This document shows positions 19,201 through 26,276 of a stretch of 57,018 nucleotides of DNA, piece after piece. The stretch is taken from the IMG/VR virus record IMGVR_UViG_3300033996_001518, positions 1 through 57,018 of that record, one strand, 5' to 3'. Made by a program: the position numbers and the translations under genes. Every line of letters starts with the position of its first letter. Position 1 is the first letter of the stretch. Below the pieces are notes generated by a model that worked only from the letters and a program-made list of their open reading frames with translations, was not told the origin of the DNA and searched no databases. The stretch is from a virus. Lineage: Duplodnaviria; Caudoviricetes.

Positions 19201-19868
19201 GTTGGTGTTTGAGTTGGTGTTTCTGTATTTGTTGGTGTTTGTGTTGGTGTAGAAGTCTGAGTATTTGTTGGAGTTTGTGTTGGTGTAGATGTATTTGTTG
19301 GTGTTGGAGTTGGGGTCGGAGTTAACGGAACACAAATAGTATAATTATTAATTAAACTACTTAAAATTGTGTAATTAATGACATCGTTTTTATAATATAT
19401 CGCAAATGTACTTGTTATACCTGAAATACATTCTGCATCAGGGAAAAATCCTGCGGTTCCATACCCATCACTTGTTTGACCATTACCATCACAATCAACG
19501 TATTGGAAGAAAACTTTGTTATTCTTACTAACATCAGTATTTCCGGTAGCGTCAGCTAAGTCAGTTGAACTAACTGTCGCATCCGCATTATAACAAACTG
19601 TTGCACATGCACTTTGTTGATTCTCATAACTATTACTCGCAATAGTTCCTATATTATTATTATAATAAGAAAAGACAAAAGGAATTGAATCGTCACCACA
19701 GACTGCACTACTATAAGTACCTGCACTACTATATGATAGTTGAAACGGTGTACCATAACAATCAGTGTAATCAACAAACACAGTACCATTCTGAGCAGGA
19801 TTACTATTACCTGTTGCATTCGCAATATCAAGAGCACTTATTATTATGTCATAATCTTTACAAGCCAT
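16254..19868 (-). CDS. Cys-rich modular virion protein with Thr/Pro linkers (1204 aa)
   Basis: Two tandem copies of the MACK-type N-terminal module shared with 9577..14109, many Cys-bounded modules and TPT tracts. Confidence 0.75.
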   Translation of the reverse strand: MACKDYDIIISALDIANATGNSNPAQNGTVFVDYTDCYGTPFQLSYSSAGTYSSAVCGDDSIPFVFSYYNNNIGTIASNSYENQQSACATVCYNADATVSSTDLADATGNTDVSKNNKVFFQYVDCDGNGQTSDGYGTAGFFPDAECISGITSTFAIYYKNDVINYTILSSLINNYTICVPLTPTPTPTPTNTSTPTQTPTNTQTSTPTQTPTNTETPTQTPTNTGTPTQTPTNTQTSTPTQTPGCYYIGKALYSAIDCGTACSTTLQVDLYSNFEPIVPGVVLYSDSCVTTVVDGYYSLVSTAGPSNLGCYTVNGGSGVISSYSICPTPTPTPTTTQTQTPTNTQTQTPTNTETPTQTPTNTQTSTPTQTQTPTNTETPTQTPTNTQTPTNTSTPTTTQTPTPSVTGGYIVQFQSCTNSLNTFRFINLPSTLIVGETYLISDESFNGCATVITYDGSGPIYNGNGSVMTQVSSGCGDILCPNVGSIPAILTNCGNGNILYANVQQDTAFVGATYYYEGACYSFIEFSGEGGPDLGEPDFSDCLYCIPSQTPTATPLPTPTFTPTPSTTPLPCTNSVYCFSTTLSSLTGYTGNYTVAGNYNTLQYYSGNSTTTSFIYYTGSYWCLSNSLGGSCVLQGATPCKSVCPDISANDFTIGVCPSPTPLPVDCTTFDFNAYFDCDWEPTPTPIPIIPCGDVDFDFTNNTVTPTPPTPVDLCENTAILFSLSGYTPVGPTVTSTPTQMPTPDIPVGGQVTFNMLNEVFSCVSVKVLKLCGTNTEIYTNDSLTYLGIPITTGTTFLALMSYPNGNNVQECVTYVRDDFNFSSDSTIAAIYNVYGNCGSCSVLTTQTPTPTVTPTLTTTQTQTPTQTLTRTPTNTPTQTLTQTPTRTPGGTPASTPAGTLTQTPTNTRTQTPTPTLTKTPTPTPNYYYVFQSCQPVSPQTVKSMVGQSLPHGLLVVGQVIKDSSNVCWEYLGRYETNYAYPSNVIWSTFQGDKFSNITTTFSNCAACSTPPAIPCNGSLTTTGEAGYYEIINNIGSNTGNVTITFNALSVPDRFQIYWNNTLVADSLFVGDDLNTNSPTRTTYVNEILNASTLTKYIYVGTGGNAVFNGIPNFAWSTNGTISVSYTNADIAPNTSTRASGSVGNQIGVVANIPSPSAKSSDGDVKLTFNKTLAEPGTIRIVAIGVNGGTGWRITNLTCPPPL

Positions 19869-19883
19869 TCAAATTTGTTTTAC

Positions 19884-19949
19884 TATAAATAACCCAATAG
19901 TGGGTTTTATACAAAAAGAAATATAGTTTTATTAAAAAACAAATAAAGA
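19884..19949. repeat. 66-bp direct repeat, copy 1 (contains TATAAATA and an AACCCA-ATAG-TGGGTT dyad)
   Basis: Matches 24336..24401 at 64 of 66 positions by manual alignment. Confidence 0.9.
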
Positions 19950-19977
19950 CGATAAGGTCGTAGAAAAGATAAATACT

Positions 19978-22900
19978 TTATTTGTTATGTGTTAAGACAT
20001 TATTCGCAAAATACAAGTTACTATTATTAACGTCAACATCATAAACCGTTGTTGGTTCTGTAATTACCACTAATGAAGTAATTTCAAATTCAGTATTATC
20101 AATATCCAATAATACATCACCAACGTTTAATTCTGATGTTGTTCTGATATACCAAACACCATTTTGTTTAACAACGTGGTTATGAGAATCGGTTGCAATT
20201 AATCTACCATTATTAATGTTAACAACTGAATCAAATTCGTATGTTGTAAAATTAATAACCGTTGATGTTGAACTAACATAATTCAATGTATCACTACTCC
20301 AAGAGTACCACTCATTCGCAGGTTGAGGCATTCCTGATACATCAATAGATTTAAGTACATCATTCACTTGAATATCTTGTATTAATTTGGTTGACCCATC
20401 CGATAATGTTATTAAGGTATCGGAAACTAAACATCCAGTACACAAAGAACAAACTCCAAAAGATGTACCGTCCCAATATCTTCGATTTGTTCCATCACTA
20501 TACCACCCCGCCGTTGCAGGAGATAAATAACAATTACCCTCTCCGTCACCCGAATTTAAAATTGTTGCTGAACACAAATCACAACTATCGGCACAATTAA
20601 AATCAAGCAATGGGTTATTACAAGCATTAGAAGCGCTTAAACCATATTGAAAGTCTGTTAAACATAAAGATGGTGGTGTTGTTGGTGTTGGGGTTGGTGT
20701 TGGTGGAGGTAAACAACAATCATTTACCGCTATTTCCCAATAACCATCACCATCACCACCGGTTTTTACAACACTATCTTGTTGAGCACAAACATCTAAT
20801 GGCGAGTCAAATTCACCTACACCTACATTTGTTACGGTTCCATTACAAGCAGTATATTGATAATTTGTATACCCAATGTAAGGGGTAAATGGTGGACTAC
20901 TAGTATAAAATAATGTATAACATACACAAACTATTGGTAGTGTTTCGGTTGGTGTTGGTGTTAAGGTTGGAGTTACTGTTGGAGTTTGAGTTCTTGTTGG
21001 TGTATTAGTAGGTGTTTTTGTTAGTGTATTAGTTGGTGTATTTGTTGGTGTTTTAGTTTGAGTTGGCGTTTGAGTTGGAGCTAAATAAAATAAAACGTTA
21101 GAAAATGAACTTGTAGTCGGTGAAGTATTACATCCTTGATAAACTTTATAATAAGTAGCAACTAAAGGTTTTGAGAAAGTATAAGAACTTCCACAAGCAC
21201 ATGCCGTACAAATTATTGTATAATTTATTCCATCAGTTGATGAATACCAAAATAAAGCTCCACAAGAACCTCCACCAGCAGGTAATGAATAGTTAATTGT
21301 TAAAGTTGAACCATTATCAACGATATTATTTAAAACAGGTGCCAAACATTCAGGTGTTGTTGTTGGAGTTATTGTGTTTGTAGGGGTATTTGTTGGGGTT
21401 TTAGTTATAGTATTTGTTGGTGTTATTGTGTTTGTAGGGGTATTTGTTGGGGTTTTAGTTATAGTATTTGTTGGCGTTTGAGTCATTGTTTTTGTAGGTG
21501 TTGGAGTAGGGGTTTGTGTAAATTCACTTGTAATACAACTTGGTGATTGTGCCGCTCCTGAAATACCTGGAACACCAGCAACTGTTTGTACGAATGTTGC
21601 TGCTAAGGTTGTAGGGTTAATTGACCATACTTGACGGGTACCCTGTACAACATATAATGTGGTACCAACAATGTACATACCCCAAGCATTAGTAAACGGT
21701 AATTGGGTGGAGTTCCAAACTGTACCATCACTTAAGAATTCACCAATAAAACTATTAGACCCATTCGAATATGTTACAAAATAGTGTGTTGTTGTTGGAT
21801 TATAAACTATGTCTCCATCAACAAATGTACCGGATGGTAAATTAAATAATAAAGTACTTGTTGCAGTTGTTGTTGTAATATTTAACGAATATATTGAAGA
21901 ACCACCCATTAATAATGTAGTATTATTAATTGCCCCTAATCCTGCCCCATACGCTCCTGCCGGATAAGATATTATTCTATTAGGCGTTTGAGATACACTA
22001 AACGGACTCAATGTTAAATCATATTCATAAATATCAGTAGTATTGTATAACCATAATTTATTACTTGTCATAGCAATATCAGGGGAACCAATCCCAGTTG
22101 ATAATACTAACTCTGAAGTATTAAGAGTTGGATTATAATGATATACATTTCCTGAATTATTAAATGCAACATCACAACTGTTAAAAATTATCGGAGTTGC
22201 AGTTGGTGTTGGAGTTTGAGTTGATGTTCTTGTAGGTGTTTGAGTTTGAGTTGCGGTGTTAGTAGGAGTTTGAGTTATTGTGTTAGTTGGTGTTATTGTA
22301 TTGGTAGGGGTATTTGTTGGAGTTTGAGTTATTGTGTTAGTTGGTGTTATTGTATTGGTAGGGGTATTTGTTGGAGTTTGAGTTATTGTGTTAGTTGGCG
22401 TTTGAGTTTGACTTGCAGTGTTAGTAGGTGTTTGAGTTATTGTGTTCGTTGGCGTTTGAGTTTGACTTGCAGTGTTAGTAGGTGTTTGAGTTATTGTGTT
22501 AGTTGGCGTGTTTGTTGGCGTTTGAGTTTGAGTAGCAGTGTTAGTCGGAGTACTAGTCTCTGTGTTAGTTGGCGTGTTTGTTGGCGTTTGAGTTTGAGTA
22601 GCAGTGTTAGTCGGAGTACTAGTCTCTGTGTTTGTTGGCGTGTTTGTTGGCGTTTGAGTTTGAGTAGCAGTGTTAGTCGGAGTACTAGTCTCTGTGTTTG
22701 TTGGCGTGTTTGTTGGTGTCTCAGTATTTGTCGGAGTCGGAGTATTAGTCGGAGTTTCTGTATTTGCAGGTGTTGGTGTTTGAGTCGGAGTTTCTGTATT
22801 AGTTGGCGTATTAGTCGGAGTACTAGTCTCTGTGTTTGTTGGAGTGTTAGTTGGAGTTTCTGTATTAGTTGGCGTTATAGTTTGTGTTGGTGTTTCAGTA

Positions 22901-24306
22901 TTAGTCGGAGTTGGAGTCTGAGTAGCAGTATTAGTCGGAGTACTAGTCTCTGTGTTTGTCGGAGTTGGAGTCTGAGTAGCAGTATTAGTCGGAGTACTAG
23001 TCTCTGTGTTTGTTGGCGTGTTTGTAGGTGTTATAGTTTGTGTTGGTGTTTCAGTATTAGTCGGAGTCGGAGTATTAGTCGGAGTTTCTGTATTTGTTGG
23101 CGTGTTTGTTGGCGTCTCAGTATTAGTTTGAGTTGGAGTATTAGTCGGAGTTTCTGTATTTGTAGGTGTTGGAGTGTTAGTTGAAGTTTGGGTTGGAGTT
23201 TGAGTTGGTTGGGCATCTGTTGGTGTTACAGTGTTAGTTGGTGTTGGTGTTTGAGTTAACACAGGACAATAAGTTGGCGTTACACAAATATTTGTATCTG
23301 ACCCGTTATATCTTGTTACTAACGCATTATAGTTATTTACAATCTCATTCGACGTTAATCCTCTATTAAAAATTTGAACTTCTCCGATATTACCATCAAA
23401 ATATTCAGTTATATTTGTTAATCCTATTGTAAGGTTATTAGCATTAGGAACATTATGCCCGGTAGGAGTGTCAGAACCAATTAAAACACCATTAACCCAA
23501 ATACTTCTTGTAGTACCATCAAAAGTAGCAACCGCATTATACCAAAGTCCCGGTGTTATTGTTGTTGTAACACTTAAATCGTTTGCCCACCAATAATTTA
23601 CCAATCCTGAAGAAGTAAGTCGGAAAGCATTTACTTGATTTGTTGCACCATAATTACCCCACCCAACAAGACCTTTTTCCCCAAGAGTATCAGTATTAAA
23701 CCAAACACTTATAGTGTAATTTGAATTACCGATTGGTATATTTGTTGGTGTTGTAAAAGAAACATATTGATTGGCACCATTAAAACCCAAATAACCCTTT
23801 AAACCTGAGTTATAAGTAACACCATTAACCAATGTTCCGTTATTGTTGGGATTATTAGTTAAGTCATACCATACAGTACCTGTTTTTGGGTATGAAGATG
23901 GTAATCCTGCGTCAAGATTTAAGGTATTACCACTTGTAACAATTGGTGGGTAATTTTGATTGGTTACAAATATTCCATTTGTAATCGCCCAATCCATCGC
24001 GGTTAATAAAGTTAGAAATGGACCTTCGGATTTTGCTATCGCAATTCTATTAATAAGATTAATTAAACTCTCATCCGTTAAATCATTAGTACAATAACAT
24101 AACATAAATGCAGACTCTTCATCTGTCTTATTCATAAAATAAGAATCAATTAGAAGATTATAATTATCACATACCCCACAAGTCGAGCACCAATCCAAAT
24201 TAGTTAAATTAACAGAACTATTTACAGCAACTGAAACCCTACTGGTATTTAACGCCCAATCTTGATTACTACCTGCGTTATACGCCATCAAACTAACATT
24301 TGCCAT
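19978..24306 (-). CDS. modular virion fibre protein (1442 aa): LamG/ConA-like domain, long Thr/Pro linker, beta-propeller, Cys-rich modules, C-terminal Hint (intein-like) domain
   Basis: LNLDAG..SYP..GTVWYDL ... [15 protein letters not shown] (LamG-like, about 23320-23935). The C-terminal Hint domain has CLVSDT, ATDSH, VYDVDV and VLTHNK motifs. Confidence 0.8.
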   Translation of the reverse strand: MANVSLMAYNAGSNQDWALNTSRVSVAVNSSVNLTNLDWCSTCGVCDNYNLLIDSYFMNKTDEESAFMLCYCTNDLTDESLINLINRIAIAKSEGPFLTLLTAMDWAITNGIFVTNQNYPPIVTSGNTLNLDAGLPSSYPKTGTVWYDLTNNPNNNGTLVNGVTYNSGLKGYLGFNGANQYVSFTTPTNIPIGNSNYTISVWFNTDTLGEKGLVGWGNYGATNQVNAFRLTSSGLVNYWWANDLSVTTTITPGLWYNAVATFDGTTRSIWVNGVLIGSDTPTGHNVPNANNLTIGLTNITEYFDGNIGEVQIFNRGLTSNEIVNNYNALVTRYNGSDTNICVTPTYCPVLTQTPTPTNTVTPTDAQPTQTPTQTSTNTPTPTNTETPTNTPTQTNTETPTNTPTNTETPTNTPTPTNTETPTQTITPTNTPTNTETSTPTNTATQTPTPTNTETSTPTNTATQTPTPTNTETPTQTITPTNTETPTNTPTNTETSTPTNTPTNTETPTQTPTPANTETPTNTPTPTNTETPTNTPTNTETSTPTNTATQTQTPTNTPTNTETSTPTNTATQTQTPTNTPTNTETSTPTNTATQTQTPTNTPTNTITQTPTNTASQTQTPTNTITQTPTNTASQTQTPTNTITQTPTNTPTNTITPTNTITQTPTNTPTNTITPTNTITQTPTNTATQTQTPTRTSTQTPTPTATPIIFNSCDVAFNNSGNVYHYNPTLNTSELVLSTGIGSPDIAMTSNKLWLYNTTDIYEYDLTLSPFSVSQTPNRIISYPAGAYGAGLGAINNTTLLMGGSSIYSLNITTTTATSTLLFNLPSGTFVDGDIVYNPTTTHYFVTYSNGSNSFIGEFLSDGTVWNSTQLPFTNAWGMYIVGTTLYVVQGTRQVWSINPTTLAATFVQTVAGVPGISGAAQSPSCITSEFTQTPTPTPTKTMTQTPTNTITKTPTNTPTNTITPTNTITKTPTNTPTNTITPTTTPECLAPVLNNIVDNGSTLTINYSLPAGGGSCGALFWYSSTDGINYTIICTACACGSSYTFSKPLVATYYKVYQGCNTSPTTSSFSNVLFYLAPTQTPTQTKTPTNTPTNTLTKTPTNTPTRTQTPTVTPTLTPTPTETLPIVCVCYTLFYTSSPPFTPYIGYTNYQYTACNGTVTNVGVGEFDSPLDVCAQQDSVVKTGGDGDGYWEIAVNDCCLPPPTPTPTPTTPPSLCLTDFQYGLSASNACNNPLLDFNCADSCDLCSATILNSGDGEGNCYLSPATAGWYSDGTNRRYWDGTSFGVCSLCTGCLVSDTLITLSDGSTKLIQDIQVNDVLKSIDVSGMPQPANEWYSWSSDTLNYVSSTSTVINFTTYEFDSVVNINNGRLIATDSHNHVVKQNGVWYIRTTSELNVGDVLLDIDNTEFEITSLVVITEPTTVYDVDVNNSNLYFANNVLTHNK
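19981..20433 (-). other. Hint / bacterial intein-like (BIL-A type) autoprocessing domain
   Basis: Block A Cys1 ([13 protein letters not shown]), block B TxxH (ATDSH), block F (VYDVDV), block G His-Asn followed by one Lys and the stop. No homing endonuclease insert. Confidence 0.85.
22501..22700. repeat. near-perfect 66-bp tandem repeat (about 3 copies) inside the Thr/Pro linker
   Basis: The unit beginning (a/t)gttggcgtgtttgttggcg recurs at 22501, 22567 and about 22633, and encodes [22 protein letters not shown]. Confidence 0.8.
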
Positions 24307-24335
24307 CTATATTATTTTTTGTTTTTTAACACTAT

Positions 24336-24401
24336 TATAAATAACCCCATAGTGGGTTTTATACAAAAAGAAATATACTTTTATTAAAAAACAAATAAAG
24401 A
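24336..24401. repeat. 66-bp direct repeat, copy 2
   Basis: tataaataaccccatagtgggttttatacaaaaagaaatatacttttattaaaaaacaaataaaga; two mismatches against copy 1. Confidence 0.9.
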
Positions 24402-24414
24402 TAGGGGTTGGGAA

Positions 24415-24422
24415 TATTTATA
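24415..24422 (+). promoter_or_regulatory. putative late promoter motif TATTTATA (+ strand)
   Basis: TATTTATA 4 bp upstream of the 24427 ATG, the same spacing as at 9545. Confidence 0.55.
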
Positions 24423-24426
24423 AGAT

Positions 24427-24612
24427 ATGAAACTTCTTTCAACCATAGAAAAAATTATCCAAGAAGCCGAAGATAATTACAATAACGCCTGTGAAGGTGC
24501 AACATCCATTGATGAATTAGATAGACTTGAAAAACAATATAACGATTCATTAAAATTATTAACATTTTATAAGTTTAATGAACACAAAAACCCTCCAAGT
24601 GAGGACATTTAG
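24427..24612 (+). CDS. small helical hypothetical protein (61 aa)
   Basis: ATG directly after the TATTTATA motif and followed by hairpins and a terminator. Confidence 0.65.
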   Translation: MKLLSTIEKIIQEAEDNYNNACEGATSIDELDRLEKQYNDSLKLLTFYKFNEHKNPPSEDI

Positions 24613-24638
24613 GACCGTTATCAGTAATGGTAACATAT

Positions 24639-24673
24639 AAAAAGGGAAAGTTCGCTACTATTCCCTTTTTTTT
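24639..24673 (+). terminator. intrinsic terminator-like hairpin, possibly part of a larger structured RNA
   Basis: AAAAAGGGAA (24639-48) pairs with TTCCCTTTTT (24661-70), and the T run extends to 24673. Confidence 0.65.
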
Positions 24674-24711
24674 ATTCTTAATTTTTGTATATTTTAAACA
24701 AAATTTAACTT

Positions 24712-26274
24712 ATGAAACATAAAGAAATATCTCGTATTGATTTAATAAACGAAATTGGGAAAGAGTTTCCAAAAGGAAAAGGTGTAGAAGTAGGAACATT
24801 TAAAGGTGAGTTCTCAAAAGAAATTATGGAAAATTGGGAAGGTTCATTGTATATGGTTGATGTTTGGAGACCTCTATCAAATGAAGAATACTTAGATGCA
24901 AGTAACCACGGTAATCATGAAACTCAAATTTATGGTGAAGCGATGAATAACATTAAAGGATTTGAAGATAGAGCAGTAATGGTTAGAGCAACCTCAGAAA
25001 TCGCCTCTAATATGTTTGAAGACAATTCTTTAGATTTTGTCTACATTGATGCAAATCACGCTTACGATTATGTTGTTCAAGATATTGAATTATGGTATCC
25101 TAAAGTAAAAGAAGGCGGTTATTTATGTGGTCACGATTATATCAACATGGATTGGAATAAAGACCCTAATTTTACCCAAAATGGAAAAGATAAACACATT
25201 TATAGTAATAATTTCTATCACGGAGTATTTGGAGTTAATCCGGCTGTTGATGAATTTTGTGAGAAAAATGGGTATGATTCTCAAGTAACTAAAGAATGGT
25301 TTGGAACTTGGTGGTTAAAAAAAAAAGTAGATACTAAAAAAATTGCGGTCTTAGTTGTTTATGACGACAACTACGAAGAAATGAAAAAAATAACCGTTGA
25401 TGATAACATTCAACAATATTGTGAATTACACAATTACACATTAATAAAACATAAAGTTGAAGAGACTGATAGACACGCGTCGTGGTACAAAATATCAAAA
25501 TCAATTGAACTATTAAAATCAAATGAATTTGATTGGGTGTTTTTTATTGATTTGGATTGTTTAATAATGAATCCAACTATCAAATTGGAAACCATTATTG
25601 ACGAAAAATATTCATTTATCGTCCCCTCACATAATATACCCGCAATTGACACTCCAACCATCACCCCATTCAATACTGATAATACAATAACAAGTCAATT
25701 TTTAGTTAAAAATGACGAAATGGGTATTAAAATATTAGAAGACATATGGGAGGCCAATGGATGGCCGGAAAATATGGATATTAATACTTTTGACTACGAG
25801 GGTAGACAGGCAAGAATAACCATTATAAAACCGGAATTTTCAAATCACATTAAAATTATTGATGAAAAAATACTGAATCGATTTTGGTATATGAATTCAC
25901 CATTTATGGTTTTCCATAATTTTGATGTGAATAATTTGGTATGGAATCCGGGAGACTTCATTGTACACGTAACCGGTTATAAAAAAGAGGACCGAATTAA
26001 ATTACTAAGTGATTTAAATTATTTCTCAGGTGGTAAGGTAGTTAATGTTAAATTAAAAAACGGTACCCTATCATTTAAACCACTACTTGATTTACCTTAT
26101 CTAAAACTACAAATTTTAGATGACCAAAATAATATAATTTTAGAACAAGAATACATGGACATGAGTTCAAAACAACCGTATTCACTAAACTTATCAAACT
26201 TCAAAAATACCAATAATTTTATAATTAAAGGTTATAATAAAATCAACAATTTAATATCATTACATAAAGTTTAA
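24712..26274 (+). CDS. class I SAM-dependent methyltransferase (Methyltransf_24-like) fused to a GT34 (GMA12/MNN10-like) glycosyltransferase
   Basis: GVEVGTFKGEF and DFVYIDANH.YD..DIELWYPKVKEGG.LCGHDY; then YCELHNY, SWYKI and DWVFFIDLDCLIMN (DxD). Confidence 0.8.
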   Translation: MKHKEISRIDLINEIGKEFPKGKGVEVGTFKGEFSKEIMENWEGSLYMVDVWRPLSNEEYLDASNHGNHETQIYGEAMNNIKGFEDRAVMVRATSEIASNMFEDNSLDFVYIDANHAYDYVVQDIELWYPKVKEGGYLCGHDYINMDWNKDPNFTQNGKDKHIYSNNFYHGVFGVNPAVDEFCEKNGYDSQVTKEWFGTWWLKKKVDTKKIAVLVVYDDNYEEMKKITVDDNIQQYCELHNYTLIKHKVEETDRHASWYKISKSIELLKSNEFDWVFFIDLDCLIMNPTIKLETIIDEKYSFIVPSHNIPAIDTPTITPFNTDNTITSQFLVKNDEMGIKILEDIWEANGWPENMDINTFDYEGRQARITIIKPEFSNHIKIIDEKILNRFWYMNSPFMVFHNFDVNNLVWNPGDFIVHVTGYKKEDRIKLLSDLNYFSGGKVVNVKLKNGTLSFKPLLDLPYLKLQILDDQNNIILEQEYMDMSSKQPYSLNLSNFKNTNNFIIKGYNKINNLISLHKV

Positions 26275-26276
26275 AT

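Noticed and set aside
19978-20433. Canonical mobile intein
   Set aside because: No homing endonuclease, the +1 residue is Lys rather than Cys/Ser/Thr, and there is no C-extein. Retained instead as a BIL/Hint autoprocessing domain.
22240-23184. 314-aa Cys/Trp/Ser-rich + strand ORF, and similar ORFs at 38242-39018
   Set aside because: Antisense or off-frame products of the Thr/Pro repeat codons.
22195-23260. Possible CRISPR array in the repetitive tracts
   Set aside because: The repeats are in-frame coding units without unique spacers of constant length. The PD-(D/E)XK nuclease lacks Cas4 Fe-S cysteines, and there are no other cas genes.
9577-24306. Diversity-generating retroelement acting on fibre tips
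   Set aside because: No reverse transcriptase, and I saw no template/variable repeat pair differing at adenines. The 66-bp repeats are intergenic.
24590-24675. tRNA or a known riboswitch (SAM-II, preQ1, fluoride)
   Set aside because: The GTTCG is not in a cloverleaf context, and the consensus cores of these riboswitches could not be matched by eye. Kept only as an unassigned structured-RNA candidate.
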